DNA from: Chiloscyllium plagiosum
Taxonomy: Eukaryota
DNA: 64,000 nucleotides
Direction: 5' to 3'
NCBI RefSeq assembly: GCF_004010195.1
Contig: NC_057720.1
Coordinates: 6,562,491 to 6,626,490 of the forward strand
Part shown: piece by piece, positions 11,600-24,345 of the stretch
How positions within the stretch are numbered: the first letter of the stretch is position 1
Layout: the number at the start of each line of letters is the position of its first letter
The notes under the pieces: model-generated
What the model was told of the DNA's origin: nothing
Databases searched by the model: none
What the model saw: only the letters and a program-made list of their open reading frames with translations
Position numbers and translations under genes: made by a program

Positions 11600-11900
11600 T
11601 ATTAGAATTCTAGTTAGGATTAGAATGAAGTTTATTGTCACGTGTACTCAAGGACAGGAATATAGTGAAACATTGATAATGTCACCACTCACGAAGCCAA
11701 CAAAGGTACAAAGTATCTGGATATGGTCCTTTGATACAAAATGCAGAAATAAACAACAAAATGTTACATTACCGTACGGTGATTCACACTATATGTTGGA
11801 AAAAATAAGAAATAAAGTTAAAAGGACAAACATGACTGTCAGAAAAACAGATGACAGGTTGACATTCACACACACTGCTGACCACCCTCACCAGTCTACA
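11600..11900 (-). mobile_element. Element with a Rex1-like 3' tail, abutting the minisatellite
   Basis: Reverse complement ends CACGTGACAATAAAC...(ATTCTA)-like, resembling the Rex1 tail CACATGACAATAAATC at 7746-7761. Confidence 0.45.
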
Positions 11901-11914
11901 GCCAACAATAGTCA

Positions 11915-14900
11915 CCACTCCACTCCCAGGTACACTGTCTGTCCAACTCTGGGTACACTGACTGTCCCACTCTGGGTACACTGTCTGTCCAACTCTGGGT
12001 ACACTGACTGTCCCACTCTGTGTACACTGACTGTCCCACTCTGCACCGGGTACACTGACTGTCTCACTCCGGGTACACTGACTGTCCCACTCTGGGTACA
12101 CTGACTGTCCCACTCTGGGTACACTGACAGTCCCACTCTGCACCGGGTACACTGACTGTCTCACTCCGGGTACACTAACTGTCCCACTCCGGGTACACTG
12201 ACTGTCCCACTCTGCTCCGGGTACTCTGACTGTCCCACTCTGGGTACACTGACAGTCCCACTTCACTTCCAGGTACATTGTCTGTCCAACTCTGGGTACA
12301 CTGACTGTCCCACTCTGGGTACACTGACTGTCCCACTCTGGGTACACTGACTGTCCCACTCTGCTCCAGGTACACTGACTGTCCCAATCTTGTACAGTGA
12401 CTGTTCCACTTTGGGTACACTGGCTGTCCCACTCTGCTCTGTGTACACTGAATGTCACACTATGGGTACACTGACTGTCCCACTCTGCTCTGTGTACACT
12501 GACGGTCCCACTCTGGGTACACTGACTGTCCCACTCTGCTCTGAGTACACTGAATGTCACACTATGGGTACACTGACTGTCCCACTCTGCTCTGTGTACA
12601 CTGACGGTCCCACTCAGCTCCGGGTACACTGACTGTCCCACTCTGCTCTGGGTACACTGACTGTCATACTCTGCTCATGGTACACTGACTGTCCCACTCT
12701 GCACTGGGTAGACTGACTGTCCCACACTGTTCTGGATACAGGGACTGACCCACTCCAGGTACACTGAATGACCCATTCTGCTCTGGGTACACTGACTGTC
12801 CACTCCGGGTACATTGACTTTCCCACTCCGGGTATGCTGACAGTCCCACTCCGGGTACACTGACTGCCCCACTCTGCCCTGGGTACACTGACTGTCCCAC
12901 TCTGTGCACACTGACTGTCCCGCTCCGGATACACTGACTGTCCCACTCTGGGTACACTGACTGTCCCACTCCGGTACACTGTCTGTACCAATCTGGGTAC
13001 ACGGACTGTCCCACTCTGCTCTGGGTACACTGACTGTCCCACTCTGCTCCTGGAACACTGACTGTCCCACTCTGGGTACACTGACTGTCCCACTCTGGGT
13101 ATACTGACTGTACCACTCTGGGTATACTGACTGTCCAACTCTGAGTACACTGACTATCCCACTCCAAGTACAATGTCTGTCCACTTTGAGTATACTGACT
13201 GTCCCAATCCGGGTACCCCGACTGTCCTACTCTGGGTACACTGACTGTCCTACTCTTGGTACACTGACTGTCCCACTCTGGGTATACTGACTGTCCCACT
13301 CTGCCCTGGGTACACTGACTGTCAAACCCTCGGTACACTGACTGTCCCGCTCCGGGGAAACTGACTGTGCCACTCCATGTATACTGACTGTCCCACTCTG
13401 GGTAAACTGACTGTCCCACTCTGCTCTGGGTACACTGACTGTCCCACTCTGCTCTGGGTATACTGATTGTCCCGCTCCGGGTACACTGTCTGTCCCACTC
13501 TGCTCTGGGTACACTGACTGTCCCCTGCTGGGTACACTGACTGTCCCACTCTGCTCTGGGTACACGGTCTATCCCACTCTGCTCTGGGTACACTGACTGT
13601 CCCGCTCCGGGTACACTGTCTGTCCCACTCTGCTCTGGGTATACTGACTGTCCCACTCCGGTACACTGTCTGTACCACTCTGGGTATACTGACTGTCCCA
13701 TTCCGGTACACTGTCTGTACCACTCTGGGTATACTGACTGTCCCACTCTGGGTACACTGACTGTCCCACTCTGCTCTGGGTACGATGTCTGCCCCACTCT
13801 GGCTACACTGACTCTGCTCTGAGTACACTGACTGTCCCGCTCTGGGTACACTGTCTGTCCCACTCTGCTCTGCGTACACTGACTGTCTCACGCTTGGTAC
13901 ACTGACTGTCCCACTTCAAGTACACTGACTGTCCCACTCTGGGTACACTGACTGTCCCACTCTGGGTACATTGACTGTCCCACTCCGCTCTGGGTACACT
14001 GACTGTCTCACGCTGGGTACACTGACTGTCCCACTCCGGGTACACTGACTGTCCTACTCTGCTCTGGTTACACTGACTGTCCCACTCTGGGTACACAGAC
14101 TGTCCCACTCTGCTCTGGGTACACAGACTGTCCCACTCTGGGTACACTGACTGTCCCACTCCGGGTACACTGACTGTCCCACTCCACTCCGGGTACACTG
14201 ACTGTCCCATTCCGGTACACTGTCTGTACCACTCTGGGTATACTGACTGTCCCACTCTGGGTACACTGACTGTCCCACTCTGCTCTGGGTACACTGACTC
14301 TCCCACTCCGTGTACACTGACTGTCCCACTCTGGGCATATTGACTGTCCCACTCCGGGTATACTGTCTGTACCACTCTGGGTGTACTGACTGTCCCACTC
14401 CGGTACACTGTCTGTACCACTCTGGGTACACTGTCCCGCTCTGCTTCATGGACACTGACTCTCTCGCTCTGTGTACACTGACTGCTCCACTCCGGATACA
14501 CTGACTGTCTCACTCTGGGTATACTGACTGTCCCACTCCGGTACACTGTCTGTACCAATCTGGGTACACGGACTGTCCCACTCCGGGTACACTGACTGTC
14601 CCACTCTGCTCCTGGAACACTGACTGTCCCACTCCGGGTACACTGACTGTCCCACTCTGGGTATACTGACTGTACCACTCTGGGTATACTGACTGTCCAA
14701 CTCTGAGTACACTGACTATCCCACTCCAAGTACAATGTCTGTCCACTTTGAGTATACTGACTTTCCCACTCCGGGTACCCCGACTGTCCTACTCTTGGTA
14801 CACTGACTGTCCCACTCTGGGTATACTGACTGTCCCACTCTGCCCTGAGTACACTGACTGTCAAACTCTAGGTACACTGACTGTCCCGCTCCGGGTAAAC

Positions 14901-17900
14901 TGACTATCCCACTCCATATACACTGACTGTCCCACTCCGGGTAAACAGACTGTCCCACTCCATGTACACTGACTGTCCCACTCCGGGTCCACTGACTGTC
15001 CCACTCTGGGTATACTGACTGTCCCACTCCGGGTACACTGACTGTCCCACTCTGCTCTGGGTACACTGACTGTCCCGCTCCGGGTCCACTGACTGCCCCA
15101 TTCCGGGTACACTGACTGTCCCACTCTGCTCTGGGTACACTGACTGTCCCCTGCCGGGTACACTGACTCTCCCACTCTGCTCTGGGTACACTGACTGTCC
15201 CGCTCTGGGTACACTGTCTGTCCCACTCTGCTCTGGGTACACTGTCTGTCCCACTCTGCTCTGGGTACACTGACTGTCTCACGCTAGGTACACTGACTGT
15301 CCCACTCCGGGTACACTGACTGTCCCACTCCACTCTGCGTACACTGACTGTCCCAGCCTGGGTACACTGACTGTCCCACTCTGGGTACACTGACTGTCCC
15401 ACTCCGCTCTGGGTACACTGACTGTCCCACTCTGCTCTGGGTACACTGACTGTCCCACTCTGCTCTGGGTACACTGACTGTCCCACTCTGGTTACACTGA
15501 CTGTCCCACTCCACTCTGGGTACACAGACTTTCCCACTCCAGGTACACTGACTGTCCCACTCTGCTCTGGGTACACTGACTCTCCCACTCCGTGTATACT
15601 GACTGTCCTACTCTGGGCATACTGACTGTCCCACTCCGGTACACTGTCTGTACCACTCTGGGTACACTGTCCCGCTCTGCTTCATGGAAACTGACTCTCG
15701 CTCTGTGTACACTGACCGTCCCACTCCGCTCCGGGTACACTGACTGTCCCACTCCGGACACTGTCTGTACCACTCTGGGTATACTGACTGTCCCACTCTG
15801 CTCTGGGTACACTGACTCTCCCACTCCGTGTACACTGACTGTCCCACTCTGGACATACTGACTGTTCCACTCCGGGTACACTGACTGTCCCACTCTGGTA
15901 CACTGTCTGTACACTCTGGGTGTACTGACTGTCCCACTCCGGTACACTGTCTGTACCACTCTGGGTGTACTGACTGTCCCACTCTGGTACACTGTCTGTA
16001 CCACTCTGGGTACACTGTCCCGCTCTGCTTCATGGACACTGACTCTCTCGCTCTGTGTACACTGACCGTCCCACTCCGCTCCGGGTACACTGACTGCCCC
16101 ACTCCGGATACACTGACTGTCCCACTCTGGGAACACTGACTGTCCCACTCTGCTCTGGGTACACTGACTCTCCCAATCCGTGTACACTGACTGTCCCACT
16201 CTGGGCATACTGACTGTCCCACTCCGGGTACACTGACTGTCCCACTCTGGATATACTGACTGTCCCACTCCGGTACACTGTCTGTACCACTCTGGGTGTA
16301 CTGACTGTCCCACTCCGGTACACTGTCTGTACCACTCTGGGTGTACTGACTGTCCCACTCCGGTACACTGTCTGTACCACTCTGGGTGTACTGACTGTNN
16401 NNNNNNNNNNNNNNNNNNNNNNNNNNNNNNNNNNNNNNNNNNNNNNNNNNNNNNNNNNNNNNNNNNNNNNNNNNNNNNNNNNNNNNNNNNNNNNNNNNNN
16501 NNNNNNNNNNNNNNNNNNNNNNNNNNNNNNNNNNNNNNNNNNNNNNNNNNNNNNNNNNNNNNNNNNNNNNNNNNNNNNNNNNNNNNNNNNNNNNNNNNNN
16601 NNNNNNNNNNNNNNNNNNNNNNNNNNNNNNNNNNNNNNNNNNNNNNNNNNNNNNNNNNNNNNNNNNNNNNNNNNNNNNNNNNNNNNNNNNNNNNNNNNNN
16701 NNNNNNNNNNNNNNNNNNNNNNNNNNNNNNNNNNNNNNNNNNNNNNNNNNNNNNNNNNNNNNNNNNNNNNNNNNNNNNNNNNNNNNNNNNNNNNNNNNNN
16801 NNNNNNNNNNNNNNNNNNNNNNNNNNNNNNNNNNNNNNNNNNNNNNNNNNNNNNNNNNNNNNNNNNNNNNNNNNNNNNNNNNNNNNNNNNNNNNNNNNNN
16901 NNNNNNNNNNNNNNNNNNNNNNNNNNNNNNNNNNNNNNNNNNNNNNTCTGTCCCACTTCATGTACACTGACTGTCCCACTCTGGGTACACTGACTGTCTC
17001 ACGCTGGGTACACTGACTGTCCCACTCTGGGTACACTGACGATCCCACTCCGCTCCAGTACTCTGACTGTCCCACTTCACTCCGGGTACACTGACTGTCC
17101 CGCTCCGGATACACTGACTGTCCTACTCTGCTCTGGGTACACTGACTGTCCCACTTCATATACACTGACTGTCCCACTTCACTCTGGGTACACTGACTGT
17201 CCCGCTCCGGGTACACTGACTGTCCCTTTCTAGGTACACAGACTGTCCTACTCTGCTCTGGGTACACTGACTGTCCCACTCTGGGTACACAGACTGTCCC
17301 ACTTCACTCTGGGTACACTGACTGTCCCGCTCCGGGTACACTGACTGTCCTACTCTGCTCTGGGTACACAGACTGTCCCACTCTGGGTACACTGACTGTC
17401 CCACTCCGGGTACACTGACTGTCCCACTCTGCTCTGGGTACACAGACTGTCCCATTCTGGGTACACAGACTGTCCCACTCTGCTCTGGGTACACAGACTG
17501 TCCCATTCTGGGTACACTGACTGTCCCACTCTGGGTACACTGACTGTCCCACTCCACTCTGGGTACACTGACTGTCCCACTCTGCTCTGGGTACACTGAC
17601 TCACCCACTCCGTGTACACTGACTGTCCCACTCTGGGCATATTGACTGTCCCACTCCGGTACACTGTCTGTACCACTCTGGGTGTACTGACTGTCCCACT
17701 CCGGTACACTGTCTGTACCACTCTGGGCATATTGACTGTCCCACTCCGGTACACTGTCTGTACCACTCTGGGTGTACTGACTGTCCCACTCCGGTACACT
17801 GTCTGTACCACTCTGGGTACACTGTCCCGCTCTGCTTCATGGACACTGACGCTCTCGCTCTGTGTACACTGACCGTCCCACTCCGCTCCGGGTACACTGA

Positions 17901-19425
17901 CTGTCTCACTCTGCTCTGGGTACACTGACTCTCCCACTCCGTGTACACTGACTGTCCCACTCTGTGCATACTGACTGTCCCACTCTGTGCATACTGACTG
18001 TCCCACTCCAGACACTGTCTGTACCACTCTGGGTATACTGACTGTCCCACTCCGGGTACACTGACTGTCCCACTCTGCTCTGGGTACACTGACTCTCCCA
18101 TTCCGTGTACACTCACTGTCCCACTCTGGGCATACTGACTGTCCCACTCCGGGTACACTGACTGTCCCACTCCGGGTACACTGACTGTACCACTCTGGGT
18201 ATACTGACTGTCCCACTCTGGTACACTGTCTGTACCAATCTGGGTACACGGACTGTCCCACTCCGGGTACACTGACTGTCCCACTCTGCTCCTGGAACAC
18301 TGACTGTCCCACTCCGGGTACACTGACTGTCCCACTCTGAGTATACTGACTGTACCACTCTGGGGTATACTGACTGTGATACTCTGAGTACACTGACTAT
18401 CCTACTCCAAGTACAATGTCTGTCCACTTTGAGTACACTGACTGTCCCACTCCGGGTACCCCGACTGTCCTACTCTGGGTAGACTGACTGTCCCACTCTG
18501 GGTACACTGACTTTCCCACTCTGCCCTGAGTACACTGACTGTCAAACTCTAGGTACACTGACTGTCCCGCTCCGGGTAAACTGACTGTCCCACTCCGGGT
18601 AAACTGACTGTCCCACTCCGGGTAAACTGACTGTCCCGCTCCGGGTAAACTGACTGTCCCACTCTGCTCTGGGTACACTGACTGTCCCCTGCTGGGTACA
18701 CTGACTGTCCCACTCTGCTCCGGGTACACTGACTGTCCCACTCTGCTCTGGGTACACTGACTGTCCCGCTCTGGGTACACTGTCTGTCCCACTCTGCTCT
18801 GAGTACACTGTCTGTCCCACTCTGCTCTGGGTACACTGACTGTCTCACGCTGGGTACACTGACTGTCCCACTCCGGGTACACTGACTGTCCCACTCTGGG
18901 TACACTGACTGTCCCACTCTGGGTACACTGACTGTCCCACTCTGCTCTGGGTACACTGACTGTCCCACTCTGGATACACTGACTGTCCTACTCCACTCTG
19001 GGTACACTGACTGTCCCACTCCGCTCCGGGTACACTGACTGCCCCACTCCACTCTGGGTACACTGACTGTCCCACTCCGCTCCAGGTACACTGACTGCCC
19101 CACTCCACTCTGGGTACACTGACTGTCCCACTCCGCTCCAGGTACACTGACCTGACTGTCAAACTCTGGGTACACTGACTGTCCCACTCCGCTCCAGGTA
19201 CACTGACTGCCCCACTCCACTCTGGGTACACTGACTGTCCCACTCTGCTCTGGGTACACTGACTCTCCCACTCTGCTCTGGGTATACTGATTGTCCCACT
19301 CCACTCCGGGTACACTGACTGTCCCACTCCGGGTACATTGTACCATTCTGGGTACACTGACTGTCCCATTTTGGGTGTACTGACTGTCCTACTCCATGTA
19401 TACTGACTGCCCCACTCTGCTCCAG
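11915..19425. repeat. Minisatellite/satellite array, 23-bp core GGGTACACTGACTGTCCCACTCT and 28-bp variant (+GCTCT)
   Basis: Hundreds of directly visible tandem units with variant types; spans an N gap. Confidence 0.97.
16399..16946. other. Assembly gap (548 N)
   Basis: Run of N inside the satellite. Confidence 1.
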
Positions 19426-19699
19426 CCCTCAGCCACTCTTTGGGACTCAGATGGGATTTGAATAACAATCAGTAATAAATTCATGGTCAGCATTACCAGC
19501 ACAGGCTCCTCATGCCAGTTCTATTAATTGGGTCAACATCCTTTTCAACGTCCATGTTTCGATTCAAAATCGTGTCCTCTGAGAATTCGCATGTGCCTCT
19601 TTAACTTTTAGCCAAGCAATGTCCCTATGGCTTTCCCAAAACAGACAGAGAAATTTAATTTGCAAAGCTTGAAAACTAGCCTCCATAATAATGTGAAAC

Positions 19700-19905
19700 A
19701 ATGAACTGCAGATGGTGGAGTTCTGAAACAAATAAAAAATAGAAATTGCTGGAGAAACTCATCAGACCTGCCAGCATCTTTTGAGAGAGAAAAAAAGTCA
19801 ATGTTTCAATCCGTTATTGCTTCTTCAACTCTGGACATGTGATGTTAATTTTGTTTTCTCTCCACAGATACTTCCACAACTGTTGTGTTTCTCCAGTAAT
19901 TTCTA
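19700..19905. mobile_element. Old palindromic PLE-derived insertion (family 3)
   Basis: AGAAATTGCTGGAGAAAC ... GTTTCTCCAGTAATTTCT inverted arms; homologous to 54465-54697. Confidence 0.65.
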
Positions 19906-20246
19906 CTCTTCAACAACGTCCAGTATTTCTCTGTCTAACGTTCCTCAGTTTTGCAGTGCAAATTGAATATTAATCGATGCACTTAATGCTACTCCCCATC
20001 AGTGTATAGGGATCTGCAAGGACAGAGAAAGACCCTTTAGCCCATTGGCACACAGGCAGGTCAAGAGAAAGCACCTAACCATCTGAATTCTAATACCTTT
20101 GTGCACCTTGTGATGGTTTTGCAATTCTATCTTAAATAGGATGTATGGAATCATTGCACAATATTGTATCGAAAACAGCAAATTCCCTTTTGATTCCTGA
20201 ACATATTGTTTCAGAAAATTCTCCTCGACTGTATTCTATAAACTCA

Positions 20247-20450
20247 GGTAAAAACAATGACTGCAGATGCTGGAAACCAGATTCTGGATCAGTGGTGCTG
20301 GAAGAGCACAGCAATTCAGGCAGTGTCCGAGGACAGGCAAAATCGATGTTTCGGGCAAAAGCCCTTCATCAGGAATAAAGCCTGATGAAGGGCTTTTGCC
20401 CGAAACGTCGATTTTGCCTGTCCTCGGATGCTGCCTGAATTGCTGTGCTC
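20247..20450. mobile_element. Palindromic PLE-derived insertion
   Basis: Near-perfect inverted arms; 13-bp TSD TTCTATAAACTCA at 20234-20246 and 20451-20463. Confidence 0.88.
20382..20409 (+). ncRNA. Minimal hammerhead ribozyme motif (PLE type)
   Basis: CTGATGA-A-GGGC-TTTT-GCCC-GAAA-CGTC; a mirror copy lies on the minus strand at ~20345-20372. Confidence 0.7.
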
Positions 20451-20734
20451 TTCTATAAACTCATGCTCAATGATAATTTTGCCGATTTTGCTTCCTTGGT
20501 CCAGAGATTGAATTTGCCCGTAATCATTGCCCTTGCTTCTCGGATTTCCTGACTCATACTCGGTACGGCATGATGATTACATTTAAAAGTTTCTATAAAT
20601 TATCCTGATTGGTCTTTTTTAAAATATCCATTCAGAGGATGAGGCCGGTTGCATCCGAGAACATTGAAGGAAGCAGCTGCAAAATAATGTTAGTAATTGT
20701 CCAAAAATGCTTAGACTCTGGAAAACTCACAAAA

Positions 20735-21292
20735 GAGCAAAGAACAAAAGAGAAGTGCAGCACAGGAACAGGCCCTTCGGCCCTCTAAGCTCATGCTGAT
20801 CTTCGTGCCCTAACTGAACTAAAAAAACAAACCTTCTGCCCTTACATGGTCCATGTCCCTCTATTCCCTCCTTCTTCATGTCACCATCCAGATGCCTCTT
20901 AAATGTGGCCAATGTGCACCACCCCTTCTGACAGTGCGTTCCAGGCTCCCACCACGCTCTGTGTGAAAAACTTCCTTCACACATCTCCCTTAAACTTATC
21001 CCCGCTCACCTTGAACCTGTCACAGAGGATTTTCTTTTCATGAAAAAGAGACAATAGACAGACAAGTGTATACATCTCATGAATAAAATGTTAGGGTATA
21101 TTATAAAGGATGTTGTTGTGAAACCCGAAAGTGTTCAGAAAAGATTTACAAGGATGTTGCCAGGGGTGGAGGATGTGAGCTACAGAGAGAGGCTGAACAG
21201 GCTGCGGCTGTTTTCCCTGGAGCGTCGGAGGCTGAGGGGTGACCTTATAGAGGTTTATAAAATGATGAGGGACATGGATAAGATGAATAGGC
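20735..21292. mobile_element. Two CR1 fragments (20735-21020 minus 3' end; 21105-21292 plus)
   Basis: TFKRHLDG motif plus CR1 tail on minus; VQKRFTRMLPG..LFSLERRRLRGDLIEVYK on plus. Confidence 0.8.
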
Positions 21293-21885
21293 AGGCAGGA
21301 GGTTGGAAGAACACAGCAAGCCAGGCAGCATCAGGAGGTGGAGAAGTCGACATTTGGGTATAACACTTCTTCAGGACTGGGGAGGAGGGGAGGAGCTGCA
21401 GGGCAGGTTGGTGAGGTGGGGATTGATGAAGGCAGGTAGAGGGTACGACCTGGTTGGTCAATGAGATGACTGAACGGAGTCGGGAGATGGGAGGGGAGGT
21501 TATTTGAAATTGGAGGACTCAGTGTTGAGTCCTCCGGGCTGTAGGCTGCCCAGGTGGAAGATGAGGTGTTATTCCTCCAATTTGTGGTGTGGTTCGTTGT
21601 GGCAATGGAGGAGGCCAAGGATGGTCATGTCGGAAAGGAAGTGGGAAGGGGAATTAAAACAGGCGGTGACTGGGAGGTCCGGTCACCCCTGCGGGCCCAG
21701 CTGAGATGCTCGGTGAGCCGTTCCCTAATTTTACGTTTGGTCTCCCCAACGTAGAGAAGACCACATCAGGAGCACCTGATGCAGTTGGAGAGGCAGGTGA
21801 ACATCTGTCTCACCTGGAAGAACCTTTGGGGCTTTGGATGGAGGTGACAGGGGTGGGTTACTGACAGGTTTTGCATTTTTTCCAG
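21293..21885 (-). mobile_element. Penelope-like element 3' part: GIY-YIG endonuclease remnant + pLTR
   Basis: Minus-strand translation CGLLYVGETKRKIRERLTEH and FNSPSHFLSDMTILGLLHCH..KLEEQHLIFHLGSLQPGGLN; pLTR at 21293-21380. Confidence 0.85.
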
Positions 21886-21988
21886 TTACTACTTTGTTAG
21901 ACAGGGTCAAGATTAGAGTGTAGTGCTGGAAAAGCACAGCAGGTCAGGCAGCATCCGAGGAGCAGGAATACAGACTTGGCTCTTCATA

Positions 21989-22216
21989 TTAGATTAGATT
22001 AGATTAGATTAGATTACTTACAGTGTGGAAACAGGCCCTTCGGCCCAACAAGTCCACACCGACCCGCCGAAGCGCAACCCATCCAGACCCATTCCCCTTA
22101 CATTTACCCCTGCACCTAACAATGCTGGCAATTTAGCGTGGCCAATTCACCTGACCTGCACATTTTTGGACTGTGGGAAGAAACCGGAGCACCCGGGGGA
22201 AGCCCGCGCAGACACG
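21989..22216 (-). mobile_element. HE1/V-SINE, 5'-truncated, with (TCTAA)n tail
   Basis: (GATTA)n at 21989-22016 followed by CAGTGTGGAAACAGGCCCTTCGGCCC and the V-domain. Confidence 0.9.
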
Positions 22217-22350
22217 TGGAATATATTCATCTTTTCCTGGACCCTCTTTCCCTGTTTTAAACCTCATTGTCTGCTCCCAAAAAATTAGAATCACCAGAAC
22301 AGTGGGCCAAGCGCAGTTTAAATAAATTTTGTAAAGCAGGTCTTTCACCT

Positions 22351-22590
22351 GGGACAGTGGCTCAGTGGGTTAGCACTGCTGTCTCACGGGACCTCGGTTC
22401 AATTCCACCCTTGGGTCACTGTCTGGGTCAAGTTTACATGTTTCCCCCTGTGTCTATTGGTTTTGCTCCAGTTTCTTCACCCAGTTCAAAAATATGCAGG
22501 TTAGGTGGATTGGCCATGGGAGCTGCAGAGATTGGGTGGGATACCTTTCAGAAGGTTGATATGAGCTGCTTCCACATTCTAAGGCTTCCA
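22351..22590 (+). mobile_element. Degenerate HE1/V-SINE
   Basis: GTGGCTCAGTGGGTTAGCACTGCTG..GGTTCAATTCC head and V-domain remnants. Confidence 0.7.
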
Positions 22591-23267
22591 TGATGGAACC
22601 CTATGTTTATTCCACCCTACTGTATCTTGCATCTACACATTTCAACCTCCAATCTGTTTATCCCTATCCTAACGTGCATGTGGTGACATCCATAGATTAT
22701 AACCTTTGACGTTTTACTTTTTAATTTGTGCCCCAGCTTCTTCACCTGTGTCAGAAAAGTCTCATGTTCAGTTCTACCAACGTCAACAGTTCCCGTGTGG
22801 ATCCTCCTCCTCCACCTTCCTCAAGTTCGTCCCCAACCTTTGAAATTATATTAAAAAAGAATCAAACAATCAAGTTTTGATCTGCTGTTTGAAGGTTTAA
22901 TTTTCCCCGCTAGTGCATTGTTCAGCATTTTTGTGTCAAATTTGCTTTGCCTGCTGTTTTAATGCAGTAGTTAACGCATCTGTTTAATGGCTTTATTAAA
23001 GTTTTATTTTCCGAAGCCAATCATTAGATCACAAAAGAGAAATATCGACCGCTGGTTTTTAAATTGCTCTAATTGTGGTTTATATTCTCAACATAGCAAT
23101 GGCAGGATGGCATTGATTGTCTGATTATGTGTGTTTGCAAAGTAGTTTAATATGCTTTTAGGTTGGGGCCTGTGGAACATTAGTTAAGGCTGGAATGACA
23201 CACGGGAATACAGTTATACAGGGCGACCATTCTTATTGGGATGTTGGTTAGCTTACTCTTCCTATAC

Positions 23268-23500
23268 AGATTTTAATTGTCTGTCTGGTCTCATCAATGC
23301 CTTCATTACGTCTAGACTTAAGTACTCTAATGCACTGCTAGCTGGCCTCTCACATTGTAGACGCCATAAATCCAACATCAGCCTGTGTTGCCTGTCCTAA
23401 ATCATCCCAATTCACAACCACCTATTGTCCTTGTGCTCGCTGACTTACACTGGCTCCTGGTTAAGGCCTTGGTTTTAAAAATTTCCATTCCTGTTGTCAT
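23268..23500 (+). mobile_element. L2 LINE fragment
   Basis: LINAFITSRLKYSNALLAGL and VLADLHWLLV, characteristic of the L2 ORF2 C-terminus. Confidence 0.7.
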
Positions 23501-23674
23501 ACCACTGTGCTGTACATCTCTATGACGCTATGACCACTGCAAGGAATCACCCCTCCGAGCAATCTGGGGGGGGAGATGGGCAGTCAGCGGTGAGATCACA
23601 TTGGTGTCCCCTGTGCTGGTCAGCTGAGGAGAGCCCATGGACAGAAGCTGTGATGTTTATCTTTTTAAATTAAA

Positions 23675-23985
23675 TTAGATTACATTACAGTGTGGAAACA
23701 GGCCCTTCAGCCCAACAAGTCCACACCGACCCGCCGAAGCTCAACCCACCCATACCCCCCCCTACATTTGCCCCTTACCTAACACTACGGGCAATTTAGC
23801 ATGGCCAATTCACCTGACCTGCACATCTTTGGACTGTGGGAGGAAACCGGAGCACCTGGAGGAAACCCAAGCAGACACGGGGAGAATGTGCAAACTCCAC
23901 ACAGACAGTTGCCTGAGGCAGGAACTGAACCTGGGTCTCTGGCGCTGTGAGGCAGCAGTGCTAACCACTGTGCCACCGCGCCACC
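23675..23985 (-). mobile_element. HE1/V-SINE, full length
   Basis: tRNA head, V-domain and CR1-like tail all present. Confidence 0.92.
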
Positions 23986-24345
23986 CACTAAATTTAATTT
24001 TGCTTCTTGTTTCTCTGACCTATGTTTAGACTGTGTATAGCTGGAATGTAACCTTTTCTCTTCAGTTCTCCTTTCTGGAAATAAGGATTGTTGGTGGGTA
24101 CTCTGTACATAAGACGGCAGGTTGGTGCTATTGTTATGCTGCAACTAACCTGTAACTGAAGAAACTGCACTGAGAGAAAGCAGACCTGAATGGATCGATA
24201 GATACGTTGAGTTTAGACTCTTTGGAACAAAAAGGCTTCGCGTATATTCAATGAAAAGAATATATTCAATGTGTCCATTGATCCCTTTGGGTCAGCTTTC
24301 TCTATGCCTCTATGGGACAGCACAGTTGCATAGTGGTTAGCACTG

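Noticed and set aside
11915..19425. CRISPR-like array
   Set aside because: Units are directly adjacent with no unique spacers, there are no cas genes, and the context is vertebrate.
11784..19468. Many long minus-strand ORFs (up to 595 aa) with VGQSVYPE / EWDSQCTQS / SGTVSVPR repeats
   Set aside because: The repeat unit has no stop codon in any minus-strand frame, so all three frames stay open. Unit lengths of 23 and 28 are not multiples of three, and some ORFs run through Ns. This is an artefact, not a repetitive protein gene.
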